Shown here: piece after piece, positions 53,762 through 63,089 of the stretch
Layout of the letters: every line of letters starts with the position of its first letter
Position numbering within the stretch: the stretch's first letter is position 1
Assembly (NCBI GenBank): GCA_044222475.1
Contig: JBGANF010000028.1
Location: forward strand, 1-64,000
DNA: 64,000 nt
Direction of reading: 5' to 3'
Source of the DNA: Polyangiaceae bacterium
GTDB lineage: Bacteria > Myxococcota_A > Polyangia > Polyangiales > Polyangiaceae
Made by a program: the position numbers and the translations under genes
Notes under the pieces: model-generated
What the model was told of the DNA's origin: nothing
The model's database searches: none
Seen by the model: the letters and a program-made list of their open reading frames with translations, nothing else

Positions 53762-54751
53762 CTACTTGTTCTTCGTGAACTCTTCGATGGCCTCGATGAA
53801 CTCTTCGTCGACGGCCTCCGCCGGGACCGCGGCGAAGTGAGGCTCGTCCGTGTCGGCGTCGACGGAGAGGATGACGATCTCGGGATCGTCCGAGCCGTGC
53901 GACGGCGGGCGACGCGACGGAGTTCGCGCGACGCGCGGGACCGACGAGGCGTTCGGCGCGAGCGAACACACGAGCACGACCGCGCCGAGGTTGTCGGCCG
54001 CGTCGAGCGCGTTGGCCTTCGCGATGAGCGCGCGCGCGAGCTCGTCGGGGGCGCGGTCGATGGCGAGGGTGTCGCACATCATGTCCTCGTCGAGCGTGTC
54101 GGAGATGCCGTCGCTGCAGAGGAGGTACTTGTCGCCGGCGAGCATGCGATGCATCCGCGTCGACACGCGCACCTGAGGCTCCATCCCGAGCGCGCGCGTC
54201 ACGACGTTCGCCGGGAGCCGCGCGAGTGCCGCTTCGTCGATGTTGGGCTTGATCTCGAGCGCGTCGTTCAGGAGCGAGTGGTCGTGGGTGAGCAGCTCGA
54301 GGATGCCGTCGCGCCAGCGGTAGAGGCGGCTGTCGCCGACGTGGGCGACGTGCATCTGGCCCGTCGTGCGAAGCGCGGCGACCGCGACCGCGGTCGTCCC
54401 CATGCCGCGGAGCTTGTTCGACGACTTCGCGATGTCGAGGATGTCGTCGTTGGCGCGCTGAAGAGCGGCGGCGAGGCGCCGACCGACGATCGGCATTCCG
54501 TACGCGTCCGTGTCGGGCTCCTCGCCGCGGCCGTGGCCGGTCCCCTCGAAGAAGTTCGCGATGGCCGTCGTGGCGAGTGCGCTCGCGACGTTGCCCGCGT
54601 TGTGGCCGCCTGCGCCGTCGGCGAGGATGTACAGATCGAGATCGGGACGAAGGAGGACGGCGTCCTCGTTGTGGACGCGAACGCGCCCGATGTCGGTCGC
54701 GCCCGCGGCGACGATGTGAAGCGGGAGGAACAGCCGTGTCGGATCCGCCAT
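53762..54751 (-). CDS. PP2C-family Ser/Thr phosphatase
   Basis: DIGRVR..NED, ADG, GTT, HVGDSRLY, CSDG, DN. Confidence 0.92.
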   Translation of the reverse strand: MADPTRLFLPLHIVAAGATDIGRVRVHNEDAVLLRPDLDLYILADGAGGHNAGNVASALATTAIANFFEGTGHGRGEEPDTDAYGMPIVGRRLAAALQRANDDILDIAKSSNKLRGMGTTAVAVAALRTTGQMHVAHVGDSRLYRWRDGILELLTHDHSLLNDALEIKPNIDEAALARLPANVVTRALGMEPQVRVSTRMHRMLAGDKYLLCSDGISDTLDEDMMCDTLAIDRAPDELARALIAKANALDAADNLGAVVLVCSLAPNASSVPRVARTPSRRPPSHGSDDPEIVILSVDADTDEPHFAAVPAEAVDEEFIEAIEEFTKNK

Positions 54752-54772
54752 GATGACGGCCGAGCATACAGG

Positions 54773-55186
54773 TCACCGGGCCGTCACGAAAAGCTCCACG
54801 ATCGACCCGTCTGGGCGCTCGGCTCGACCGAATGGGACACGTTTTCCCGAGGCAAAGAGCACCGAGCTCGCCACGTCGATGTCGCCGCCTTCGCCGCTCC
54901 GGTGGAGATCCACGTCGAGGACCACGTTTCCGCGGTGATCGTCGTTCGATCGCGCGCGGAGCGACAGCTCGGAGCTCCCGTGAGTCTGGAGGCTCGCCCA
55001 GCCGATGTCGTCGGTGACGGCGAGCCCGTGGTGGCTCGAGTGTGGTGGCGCGCCCTTCGGCGTGTCGACGATCTCGACGTCGAGCATGCGTGTCGCGCGC
55101 GGGCGCGTGGGATCGGCAGATGCGGTGCAGGGGGGAACGAGGACGAGGGCGCTCGCGGTCACGAGCACGAGGGTTCGGATCTTCAT
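54773..55186 (-). CDS. Small secreted hypothetical protein
   Basis: Signal peptide MKIRTLVLVTASALVLVPPCTASA. Confidence 0.5.
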   Translation of the reverse strand: MKIRTLVLVTASALVLVPPCTASADPTRPRATRMLDVEIVDTPKGAPPHSSHHGLAVTDDIGWASLQTHGSSELSLRARSNDDHRGNVVLDVDLHRSGEGGDIDVASSVLFASGKRVPFGRAERPDGSIVELFVTAR

Positions 55187-55322
55187 GCGCCGGTGCCTTC
55201 GCAAAGGTCGTGCCGCCCCGCTGCCGCGGCAAATCGCCGGGGCGGGGCGGCGCACACGACGAAACGTCGCTCGCCGATCGACGCAGTTGCCAACGTGACA
55301 GCGGCGCTGCGATGCTCCGCTC

Positions 55323-55928
55323 ATGGGTGAAGCAGCAGACACGATCACCGAGGCGGTCGAGAAGGCGAGTGAGGAAGGGTCGCGACTTTCGTCGGCGGTC
55401 GCGCTGTCGGTGGCGGTGCTCGCGACGTTCCTCGCGCTCTGCAACGTCAAGGGCGGCAACGTCGGCCAAGCGATGGCCAAGGCACAAGCCGACTCGGTCG
55501 ACCAGTGGGCGTACTACCAGGCGAAGGGGACGAAGCAGAACATCGCCGAGGTCGCGGCGCAGCAGCTCGAGGTCACGCGTGACACGCAGGTCGGTCTCAC
55601 GCCCGAGGCGCGCAAAGCCTACGACGACAAGGCGGCGTACTTCCGCGGCGAGGCGGCTCGATACGACAAAGAGAAGAAGGACATCAAGGCGAAGGCCGAG
55701 GGCCTCGACGCGATGTACGAGACGCTGAACAACAAGGACGATCAATTCGACATGTGCGAGGCGCTGATTAGCGTCGGCATCGCGCTCTACGGCGTGACGG
55801 CGCTGACGAAGAAGAAAGCGCTCTTCGGGGTCGCGAGCGTGTTCGGGGTGCTGGGGTTGGCGCTCGGGATCTCTGGGTTCGCGGGGTTGAGCTTCCACCC
55901 GGATTGGCTGGCGCGTTTGCTGGGGTGA
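55323..55928 (+). CDS. DUF4337-like membrane protein
   Basis: TM helix, DQWAYYQAK, coiled coil, two C-terminal TM helices. Confidence 0.75.
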   Translation: MGEAADTITEAVEKASEEGSRLSSAVALSVAVLATFLALCNVKGGNVGQAMAKAQADSVDQWAYYQAKGTKQNIAEVAAQQLEVTRDTQVGLTPEARKAYDDKAAYFRGEAARYDKEKKDIKAKAEGLDAMYETLNNKDDQFDMCEALISVGIALYGVTALTKKKALFGVASVFGVLGLALGISGFAGLSFHPDWLARLLG

Positions 55929-55968
55929 GCCACTGTACCAACTTGGGATAGCGATCTAGCAAAGTGGA

Positions 55969-56168
55969 GCACCCCGGACTGAAGTCCGGGGCAGCAACGG
56001 ACCCGCTGCGAAACTCGCCCAAAGTCCGCCCAGGAGGGCGGACTCTCGATGCCATCGGTCCCAACTTGGCACCTGAGATCGGCACCATGAGCCCGCCCTC
56101 CTGGGCGGGCTTTGGATGGGAATGGCACCGAGACCGTTGCTGCCCCGGACTTCAGTCCGGGGCGCCAT
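55969..56168. repeat. Nested palindromic REP/REPIN-like element, copy 2
   Basis: Same four hairpin modules in the same order as 4-208, with divergent spacers. Confidence 0.9.
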
Positions 56169-56228
56169 GAAGATTCCGCTGTAAGAGAGTCGTCAGGCTG
56201 CGGTGGCGCCCTCCGTCGCTCTTCCTCG

Positions 56229-57458
56229 ATGCAATCCTTCTTTCACGAGATCTACTCCTTGCCGCCCGCGTTGGTCGCGTACGCGGCGAGCGAGAAGCTG
56301 CGGGCGCGCGCGCCCCATGTCCTCGAGACGGAGGACGGCAGCTTCGATATCGAGGCCTACGCGCGCGCGGGCCATGCTCAGGTCACGGTGGTGCCCATCG
56401 CGCACCCGATGGTCCGGTCGAACTTCCGCGGGCAGCGGCGCAAGGTCCGCGACACGGTCGAGAACGGCTTCTTCGAGGTGAAGTGGCGCGAGCACGCGCT
56501 CGAGGTCGTGACGCTCCAGTGGATGAGCGACGGATGCTCGACGAGCCGCAGCTTCGTGATGGCCCCCAGCGAGGCGATCGCGAAGGAGTTCTTCCATGCA
56601 GTGTGCACGTATTCGACGGCGCACGTGGGCCGCGAGATCCTCGTCTTCGAGGAAGGGACGTTTGCCAAGAACCGCGAGCTGTTCGACGCCATTCGCGTCG
56701 CCACGTTCGACAACCTCGTCCTCGCGCCGGACGCGATCGCGACGCTGCGTCGTGACTTCCTCGGGTTCTTCGAAGCCAAAGCGGCGTTCGCCAAGTACGG
56801 CGTCGCCTGGCGCCGAGGCGCCCTCTTCGTCGGCCCTCCGGGCAACGGCAAGACGCACTCGATCAAGGCGATCCTCGGTGAGAGCGACAAGCCGGTCCTC
56901 TACGTGAAGAGCCTCTTGTCGCGCCACGCGACCGACCACGCGAGCGTCTACCGGATCTTCGAGCGCGCGCGCGAGACGGCGCCGTGCTTCCTCGTCCTCG
57001 AGGATCTCGACGCGATCGTCGACGACGGCAACCGCTCGGTGTTCCTCAACGAGCTCGACGGCTTCGCCAAGAACGACGGGATCTTCACCATCGCGACGAC
57101 GAACCACCCCGAGAGCCTCGACCCGGCGTTGGTCGAGCGCCCGTCCCGGTTCGATCGCACGTACCTCTTCCCGCTGCCGGATCTGCCGAGGCGCACGCAG
57201 TACCTCGAGCGGTGGGCGAGCGGCCTCGATGCCGAGGTGCGCCCGAGCCAGGCCGCGATCACGCGCGCGGCGGAGTCGACGGCGGGCTTCTCGTTCGCGT
57301 ACCTGAAGGAGGTGGGCACGGCGACGCTGCTCACGTGGCTGCACGACGGTGGGCCCGTCGACCCGATCCTGGACGGGCAGGTGAAGAAGCTCTCGTCCCA
57401 CGTTCGGCGCGGAGACGTGTCGCGAGTGCTCGGCGCCATCAACGGCGTGACTCGCTGA
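56229..57458 (+). CDS. Single-domain AAA+ ATPase
   Basis: GPPGNGKT, LVLEDLD, FLNELDG, TTNHP..LDPAL.RPSRFD. Confidence 0.88.
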   Translation: MQSFFHEIYSLPPALVAYAASEKLRARAPHVLETEDGSFDIEAYARAGHAQVTVVPIAHPMVRSNFRGQRRKVRDTVENGFFEVKWREHALEVVTLQWMSDGCSTSRSFVMAPSEAIAKEFFHAVCTYSTAHVGREILVFEEGTFAKNRELFDAIRVATFDNLVLAPDAIATLRRDFLGFFEAKAAFAKYGVAWRRGALFVGPPGNGKTHSIKAILGESDKPVLYVKSLLSRHATDHASVYRIFERARETAPCFLVLEDLDAIVDDGNRSVFLNELDGFAKNDGIFTIATTNHPESLDPALVERPSRFDRTYLFPLPDLPRRTQYLERWASGLDAEVRPSQAAITRAAESTAGFSFAYLKEVGTATLLTWLHDGGPVDPILDGQVKKLSSHVRRGDVSRVLGAINGVTR

Positions 57459-58778
57459 TCACTCGGCGCGGGGAAGCACCTTGGAGAGCGTGCCGTCGGT
57501 CGCCATGCGGTAGACGTCGGTTCCGGTCGGACCTTCGACGAGCATGAGCCCCTGCTCGGGCCCCGCGGGGAAGACGACCTCGTCGTTCGAGCCGAGGGAG
57601 ATCGGGAGGCGCAGAAGCGTGGTTCCGTCATCGGCGGTGCGGAAGACGGAGCCGCCGTCCAGCCCGTCGACCGCGACGAGCGTGAGGGTCGACGAGATGG
57701 CGTGAACGGCGGTGATCGTCGCGCTCCCGTCGACGTCGAGGTCGCTTCGTCTCCACGTCGCGCCGCCGTCGGCGGTGAACGCGAGCGAGCGACCCGACAC
57801 GGCGACCGCGTGACGCGCGTCGACGAGCTCGAGCCACAGCGGCGCGCCGGTGCCGACGTCGATCGTGCCGCGACGCGACCAGTGCGCCCCGCCGTCGTCG
57901 GTGGCGAACGCGGCGGGTCCCGTCGCGCACGACGCGGCGATGATGGACGACCCGCCGACGAACTCGGGGACGGCGTCGACGGTGCAGGACGCGAGGTCCG
58001 GTGCGATCGCGCTCGCGCCGGACATCCAGCCCGCCCGCTCGAGCTGGTTCGTGGTGGCGTCGACGCTCCACAGCGACCCTGCGCCCGGCACGACGGAGAA
58101 CGAGGTCGCCGTCGGCGTGCGTCGCCACGTGGAGCCGCCGTCGGTCGTGACGAAGACGGCGAGGGGAGAGGAGTCTTCATCGGTGCGTTCGGAGAGCGTG
58201 AGGACACCGTTGCGCGCGTCCGCGAAGCGGAGGTCGTTCACGGTGGGCCATGCACCGTCCACTTCGATCGTGCGCGTGACCCAAGAGGCACCGCCGTCGG
58301 TGGTTCGAGAGACGGCGATCGCGCTCGTGTGGGTCGGCCCCGCGACGAACGCGGTCGAGGCGTCGACGAACGCCGCGCGCGCGAAGCGGTCCGGGCCGAG
58401 GACGCGAAAGGTCTTTGCGCCGTCCTCGGTTCGGGCGAGGTCGTAGAGGTCGTCGGTGGAGACGAGAGCCCATCCCACGTTGCGTGTCGCCATCGTGACG
58501 TCGTCGAGGTCGAGCGTCATCGTTCGCGGCTCTACCGGCGCGACCGGCGGATCGACCGGTGGAGGATCGACGATCGGCGGCGGGTCGGTCGCGGCCTCGA
58601 CGGGGAACAGCGAGGAATCGAACGGGACTGGCTCGGGCGTTCGCGGCGCTCGTGGCCGAAGGGCTTCGTGTCCGACGACGAGCACGACGGCGACGCGGAA
58701 TCCGAGCATCAGGATGCGCGCACCGAGAGCGAACGGGCCGAGCATCGGCGCGAGGTGGATGGGGTCGAGCTTTCGCAT
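57459..58778 (-). CDS. Membrane-anchored BNR/Asp-box beta-propeller protein
   Basis: Repeated T.DGG..W motifs after a TM helix and Pro-rich linker. Confidence 0.75.
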   Translation of the reverse strand: MRKLDPIHLAPMLGPFALGARILMLGFRVAVVLVVGHEALRPRAPRTPEPVPFDSSLFPVEAATDPPPIVDPPPVDPPVAPVEPRTMTLDLDDVTMATRNVGWALVSTDDLYDLARTEDGAKTFRVLGPDRFARAAFVDASTAFVAGPTHTSAIAVSRTTDGGASWVTRTIEVDGAWPTVNDLRFADARNGVLTLSERTDEDSSPLAVFVTTDGGSTWRRTPTATSFSVVPGAGSLWSVDATTNQLERAGWMSGASAIAPDLASCTVDAVPEFVGGSSIIAASCATGPAAFATDDGGAHWSRRGTIDVGTGAPLWLELVDARHAVAVSGRSLAFTADGGATWRRSDLDVDGSATITAVHAISSTLTLVAVDGLDGGSVFRTADDGTTLLRLPISLGSNDEVVFPAGPEQGLMLVEGPTGTDVYRMATDGTLSKVLPRAE

Positions 58779-58858
58779 CGTCAGGCCCGTACGCCTCCGC
58801 GGCGAGGCCTATTCCGCGTCGCATGCGACGATCCGATTTTGCGCTACACCTTCGGGCG

Positions 58859-59179
58859 ATGCAGCTCGTCACCCAGCCCGTTCACGTCACGATCCGGTTC
58901 CTCCCGCCGGGGTTCTTCCTGAACTCGCCGAAGGTGCGCATCGTGCTCGACGACCATTGGGTCGTGTACCACGGCGGGTTCGTCCACGGCTTCCGGGTGG
59001 ACATCCCGGTCGCGCCGGGGCCGCATCGGCTCACGGTCGTGCTCGAGACCGGCGTCATCGATCGCACGAAGCACCACTGGGTGAATTTTCCGGCGAACAT
59101 GCGCCACGACGTGCTGCTCGAGTACAGCCGCCTCTGGGGGAACTTCGGCGACCCGAAGGTCACGTCGGCACCGGCGTGA
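58859..59179 (+). CDS. Small hypothetical beta-rich protein
   Basis: ORF MQLVTQPV.. with host-like codon use; PGPHRL Ig-like pattern. Confidence 0.5.
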   Translation: MQLVTQPVHVTIRFLPPGFFLNSPKVRIVLDDHWVVYHGGFVHGFRVDIPVAPGPHRLTVVLETGVIDRTKHHWVNFPANMRHDVLLEYSRLWGNFGDPKVTSAPA

Positions 59180-59183
59180 GCGC

Positions 59184-59363
59184 CTACTCCGTGCCGGCGT
59201 CGACCGGCGGCGGAGCGGCGGCATCGGTCGCGGGCGGCGGATCCTTCGCCGGCGGTACCATCGGGTCGCACGCGAGGAGCTGGCTCGAGATCGCGGCCAC
59301 CGCCGCAGTGCCTGCGAGCAACGCCTTCTTGCGCGTGAGGATGCGATTTCGAACGGTGCTCAT
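59184..59363 (-). CDS. 59-aa Pro-rich lipoprotein, absent from the ORF track
   Basis: Manual translation MSTVRNRILTRKKALLAGTAAVAAISSQLLACDPMVPPAKDPPPATDAAAPPPVDAGTE*; ATGA overlap with the glycosyltransferase stop; lipobox LLAC. Confidence 0.65.
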   Translation of the reverse strand: MSTVRNRILTRKKALLAGTAAVAAISSQLLACDPMVPPAKDPPPATDAAAPPPVDAGTE

Positions 59364-60649
59364 GGGGCGAGCATACCCAGAAACGCGCGCTCGACCAGCT
59401 CTGCCGCGCGCTCGGGGCCGCGCTCGTCGCGGAGGGCGTCACCGAGTGCGGTGGCACGTGTCGTGAGCTCGGGCCGCGACGCGACGAAGCGGATCCGCTC
59501 CGCGAGCGCCTTCGGCGTGAGCGACCGAGCGGCGAGTGGCTTGGACGCGACGCCGCGATCGAAGAGCAGCTCGCCCCAGTAGAACTGATCGGCGGCGTGA
59601 GGCACGACGATCGAAGGGCGACCTGCGAGGAGTGCCGACTGCGTCGTGCCGGCGCCGCCGTGGTGGACGATCATGGAGCAGCAGGGAAACAGGCGTGCGT
59701 GGGGCGCGCGCACGACGTAGGCGATCGCGTCACTCTTGGGCGCGTGGGCGATGACGCTCTCCGGCGCTTGGATGATGCCGCGTGCGCCGGCGAGCTCGAC
59801 GGCGTGGGCGAGCTTCGCGACGACGGAGTTGGTGCGGTCGCCGTCGAGGCTGAACATGCTGCCGAACGACAGGAACGCGGGGGCGGGACCGCGGTCGAGG
59901 AAGGCGCGAAGCTCTGCGTCGGGTTGCCAGTCTTCGGCTGCGTCGGGGAGGCCGAGGAAGCCGCAGACGTGTGCGCCGGTGGCCCAGTCGGGCGGGCGCG
60001 GGAACAGCGTGGGCGAGACCGCGACGAGGCCGAACGCGGATCGCTCGAGTGAGAGGCGGTGGACGTCTCGCACGGGGCTCAGTCCGGCGTGCGCGCGGAG
60101 CGCGTTGATGCGATCGCGGAACACCGACTCGAGGACGCGCGCGACGAGCTTCCACTTGATCGGATTGAGCCAGCGCGGGAACGCCGGCATGCCCACCGGC
60201 GCGTAGTGCGCGGACGCGAAGATGGGTTGGAGCGAGACGATGCCGTAGGGAACGCGATGGAGCTCGGCGGCGGTTGCGGCCGGGTGCGCGATGAAGTGGC
60301 CCACCATCGCGTCGCTTTCGGTCGCGAGCTTCGTTCCGGCTTCGAACATGGGTTGGACGACCGGGTCCAGCAGGTCTTGGGCGATGAGGCGGATCTGGGA
60401 GAGTGGGTTGCCGCGCTCGAAGCTCTCCTGAGCGCGCTTCGCGTTTCGGCTGGCGTTGTCGCGGAAGTACTCGCCGGCGACGCCGATCGCTTCGACGCCG
60501 CAGCGCTCGGCGAGCGGGCCGAAGTCACGGCCTTCGACGTTGGTGTAGACGACCTTGACGGCGTGGCCGCGCGTCTTCAACGCGGCTGCGAGGGAGAAGA
60601 AGGGACGAACGTCGCCTTCGGTGCCCCAGGTCTGGATGCCGATGCGCAC
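59360..60649 (-). CDS. GT1-family glycosyltransferase (sterol/macrolide glucosyltransferase-like)
   Basis: GTEGDVRPF, SFGSM, PHARLF, HHGGAGTT, PHAADQ. Confidence 0.9.
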   Translation of the reverse strand: MRIGIQTWGTEGDVRPFFSLAAALKTRGHAVKVVYTNVEGRDFGPLAERCGVEAIGVAGEYFRDNASRNAKRAQESFERGNPLSQIRLIAQDLLDPVVQPMFEAGTKLATESDAMVGHFIAHPAATAAELHRVPYGIVSLQPIFASAHYAPVGMPAFPRWLNPIKWKLVARVLESVFRDRINALRAHAGLSPVRDVHRLSLERSAFGLVAVSPTLFPRPPDWATGAHVCGFLGLPDAAEDWQPDAELRAFLDRGPAPAFLSFGSMFSLDGDRTNSVVAKLAHAVELAGARGIIQAPESVIAHAPKSDAIAYVVRAPHARLFPCCSMIVHHGGAGTTQSALLAGRPSIVVPHAADQFYWGELLFDRGVASKPLAARSLTPKALAERIRFVASRPELTTRATALGDALRDERGPERAAELVERAFLGMLAP

Positions 60650-60695
60650 GATCAAGGAAGCATCGTCGCGATCGGGCTCGTATACAATCGCCGCG

Positions 60696-62273
60696 GTGAT
60701 CCGACGCGTCTCGATTCTCGCGCTCGCCTGCGCGGCCTGTGCGGGCGGAGGCGCGAAGCCAGCTTCGCCGGAGCCGCGCGTCGAAGATGCCGCCGTCGCG
60801 GGGTCGATGGATGCGGGCGTCGCCGTGGCGGACGCGGCACCGCCAGTGAGCCGCTACGATTGGATGGGGGTCATCGGAACGGGGCAGAGCCTGTCGGTGG
60901 GCTCGGGCGGAAGGCCGGTGCTCTCGACGACGCAGCCGTTTCACAACTTGAAGCTCACGAGCCCGGGGCCGATGCCGGCGCACCCTCTCGACGAGGGGCT
61001 CAATCCCACTTTGGTACCGCTGGTGGAGCCGATTCGTCCGTATGGGCATCTGAAAGCGAGCTTTCAGTATCCGAACAACATCTTCGGGGAGACGCCGCAC
61101 TCGGCGATGGCGAACCAGCTCTCGGCGATCGCGATGGAGCGAGAGCACCTCGACTACGTGACGGTGCACACCGTGGTGGGGTGGGGAGGACGGTGCATCC
61201 ACGACATCGACAAGCGAGGCCGGGGGTTCGCGTATCCGTCGAGCCTCTGGGAAGCGCGCACGATCAAGGAGCTCGCGGACGCGCAGGGGAAGACGTTCGC
61301 GTACGGCGCGGTCATCCTCACGCACGGCGAGTGCGATGCGACGAACGAGCGCTACGAGGAGGATCTCCACCAGCTGGCGCGGGACTACGACGCCGACCTG
61401 CGGGCGATCACCGGGCAGACGGAGCACGTGCCGCTCCTGGTTTCGCAGCAGTGCACGTTCCCGGCCGACGGTGGTGCTTCGGCGTCGACGCTCGCCGCGT
61501 GGTCGGCCGGAGTACGGTTCCCGGACGACGTCGTCTGCATCGGGCCGAAGTATCAGTACGCGTACCTGAAGGATCGCGTTCACTTCGATGCGACGAACTA
61601 TCGTCGGCTCGGCGAGAAGTACGCCGAGGTCTACGACATCCTGGTGCGGCAGCGGAAGCCGTGGGCGCCGCTTCAGCCGACGACGGCGACGCGCAACGGG
61701 GCGGTGATCACGGTGAATTTCCACGTGCCGAACCCGCCGCTCGCGTGGGACGAGTCGCTGGCGCCGCCGCACCAGGGGACGTTCACCGAGTGGGCGCGCG
61801 GGCGCGGCTTCGAGGTCTCGTCGGAGAAGGGGCCGCTGACCATCAACGCGGTCGAGATCCGCGGCGAGTCGGTGGTGATCACGTTGCGTGATGCGCCGGT
61901 GGGGCCGATCACGCTTGGCTATGCGGTCGTGCAGGACGCGAAGGTCGCGTCGGGCGGCGACGTGCATGGTCGTCGTGGGCAGCTGCGCGACTCCGACGCG
62001 TTCGTTGGTTTGGATGCCGAGGCGATCACGTGTGCGGTGGAGCACGGTTCGAACGTCGTCACGGTGATCACGCCAGCGACGTTCGCGAGGCGGGCGGTGC
62101 GCGACGTGGTGGTGGGCGCGGGCTTCGGTGCGGAGACCCTGGTGAGGGAGAGGCTCGCCGAAGGGGCGCTTGCGCTCACGGCGCCGTGGGAGGGCCCGAC
62201 GGGTACCGCGAGCCTCGCCTTCCGCCACGACCAGCGGAACTACGCGGTGGCCTTCCGCCTGCCGCTGCCCTGA
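60696..62273 (+). CDS. SGNH-fold carbohydrate esterase-like lipoprotein
   Basis: Signal peptide with Cys; GQSLS, HGECD and DRVH blocks. Confidence 0.7.
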   Translation: MIRRVSILALACAACAGGGAKPASPEPRVEDAAVAGSMDAGVAVADAAPPVSRYDWMGVIGTGQSLSVGSGGRPVLSTTQPFHNLKLTSPGPMPAHPLDEGLNPTLVPLVEPIRPYGHLKASFQYPNNIFGETPHSAMANQLSAIAMEREHLDYVTVHTVVGWGGRCIHDIDKRGRGFAYPSSLWEARTIKELADAQGKTFAYGAVILTHGECDATNERYEEDLHQLARDYDADLRAITGQTEHVPLLVSQQCTFPADGGASASTLAAWSAGVRFPDDVVCIGPKYQYAYLKDRVHFDATNYRRLGEKYAEVYDILVRQRKPWAPLQPTTATRNGAVITVNFHVPNPPLAWDESLAPPHQGTFTEWARGRGFEVSSEKGPLTINAVEIRGESVVITLRDAPVGPITLGYAVVQDAKVASGGDVHGRRGQLRDSDAFVGLDAEAITCAVEHGSNVVTVITPATFARRAVRDVVVGAGFGAETLVRERLAEGALALTAPWEGPTGTASLAFRHDQRNYAVAFRLPLP

Positions 62274-62318
62274 CTGGCGCGCGCCACCCAGCGCGCCACT
62301 TCGCCACCAGCCCCGCAT

Positions 62319-62376
62319 ACCCCCTCAAAACAGCCAGATCGTTGGCATCGCAACGAACAGGCTGTTTTGAAGGGGT
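62319..62376. other. Long imperfect stem-loop in intergenic gap
   Basis: TCAAAACAGCC/GGCTGTTTTGA plus TCGTTG/CAACGA and ACCCC/GGGGT, followed by a T run. Confidence 0.6.
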
Positions 62377-62454
62377 TTTGGCGCAGGTCGGAAAGACGAG
62401 GCACCCGGCCGCGGCGCTCGGGGAGGTTGGCACGCGTCGTGCTGATAGGGGGGC

Positions 62455-63078
62455 ATGCACCCCTCCTTCTTCGAGATGAAGCACGCACACCTCACCGCGC
62501 TCCGCATCACCCGCAAGGAGACGGCCGTCGTCGATTTGACTCCCGCTCGCCTCGACATGCTGCGCGCGATCCTCGAACGCAGCGGCGAAACGTTCCAATC
62601 GAACCTCCGACGACTCCTCGGCGTCAGCAACTCCGTCATCAGCATCATGGTGCGCGCCCTCGAGCGGGCCGGCTTCGTCGTCCGCTCACGGTGTCGCGAC
62701 GACCGCCGCACGTTCTTGGTTCGTCTCACCGCCCAAGCTCGCTACGCCCTTCGGCGCGTCTTCTTCGGCGCTGTCCGCGAAGGGTTCCTCGAGCTCACTC
62801 TCGTCAGCGCGTTCGTCAAGGACCACGTCCCACGTCGCGGGTGGCAGAAGATCGTCGACGACCTCCAGGCTCGGCTCCACCTCTTACGCGCCGCATTCGG
62901 CATCGGCGTCACCCACTACAACCCTTGGGAGCCCAACGACGACGACTGGGCCTTCTACTACGCCGCCGTCATCCCCAACCCCAATCGCGTCGACATCGCA
63001 CCGGAGGACGACCCTTACGAGGACCAGCTCTTCGTCGAGGTCGAAGAGCCCGACACCCATCCGTTCGAATGGCAGTAG
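62455..63078 (+). CDS. MarR-family winged-helix protein with acidic C-terminal extension
   Basis: LTPARLDML, QSNLRRLLGVS..VISIMVRALERAGFV.R....DRR. Confidence 0.75.
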   Translation: MHPSFFEMKHAHLTALRITRKETAVVDLTPARLDMLRAILERSGETFQSNLRRLLGVSNSVISIMVRALERAGFVVRSRCRDDRRTFLVRLTAQARYALRRVFFGAVREGFLELTLVSAFVKDHVPRRGWQKIVDDLQARLHLLRAAFGIGVTHYNPWEPNDDDWAFYYAAVIPNPNRVDIAPEDDPYEDQLFVEVEEPDTHPFEWQ

Positions 63079-63089
63079 ACTCCGCCGCG

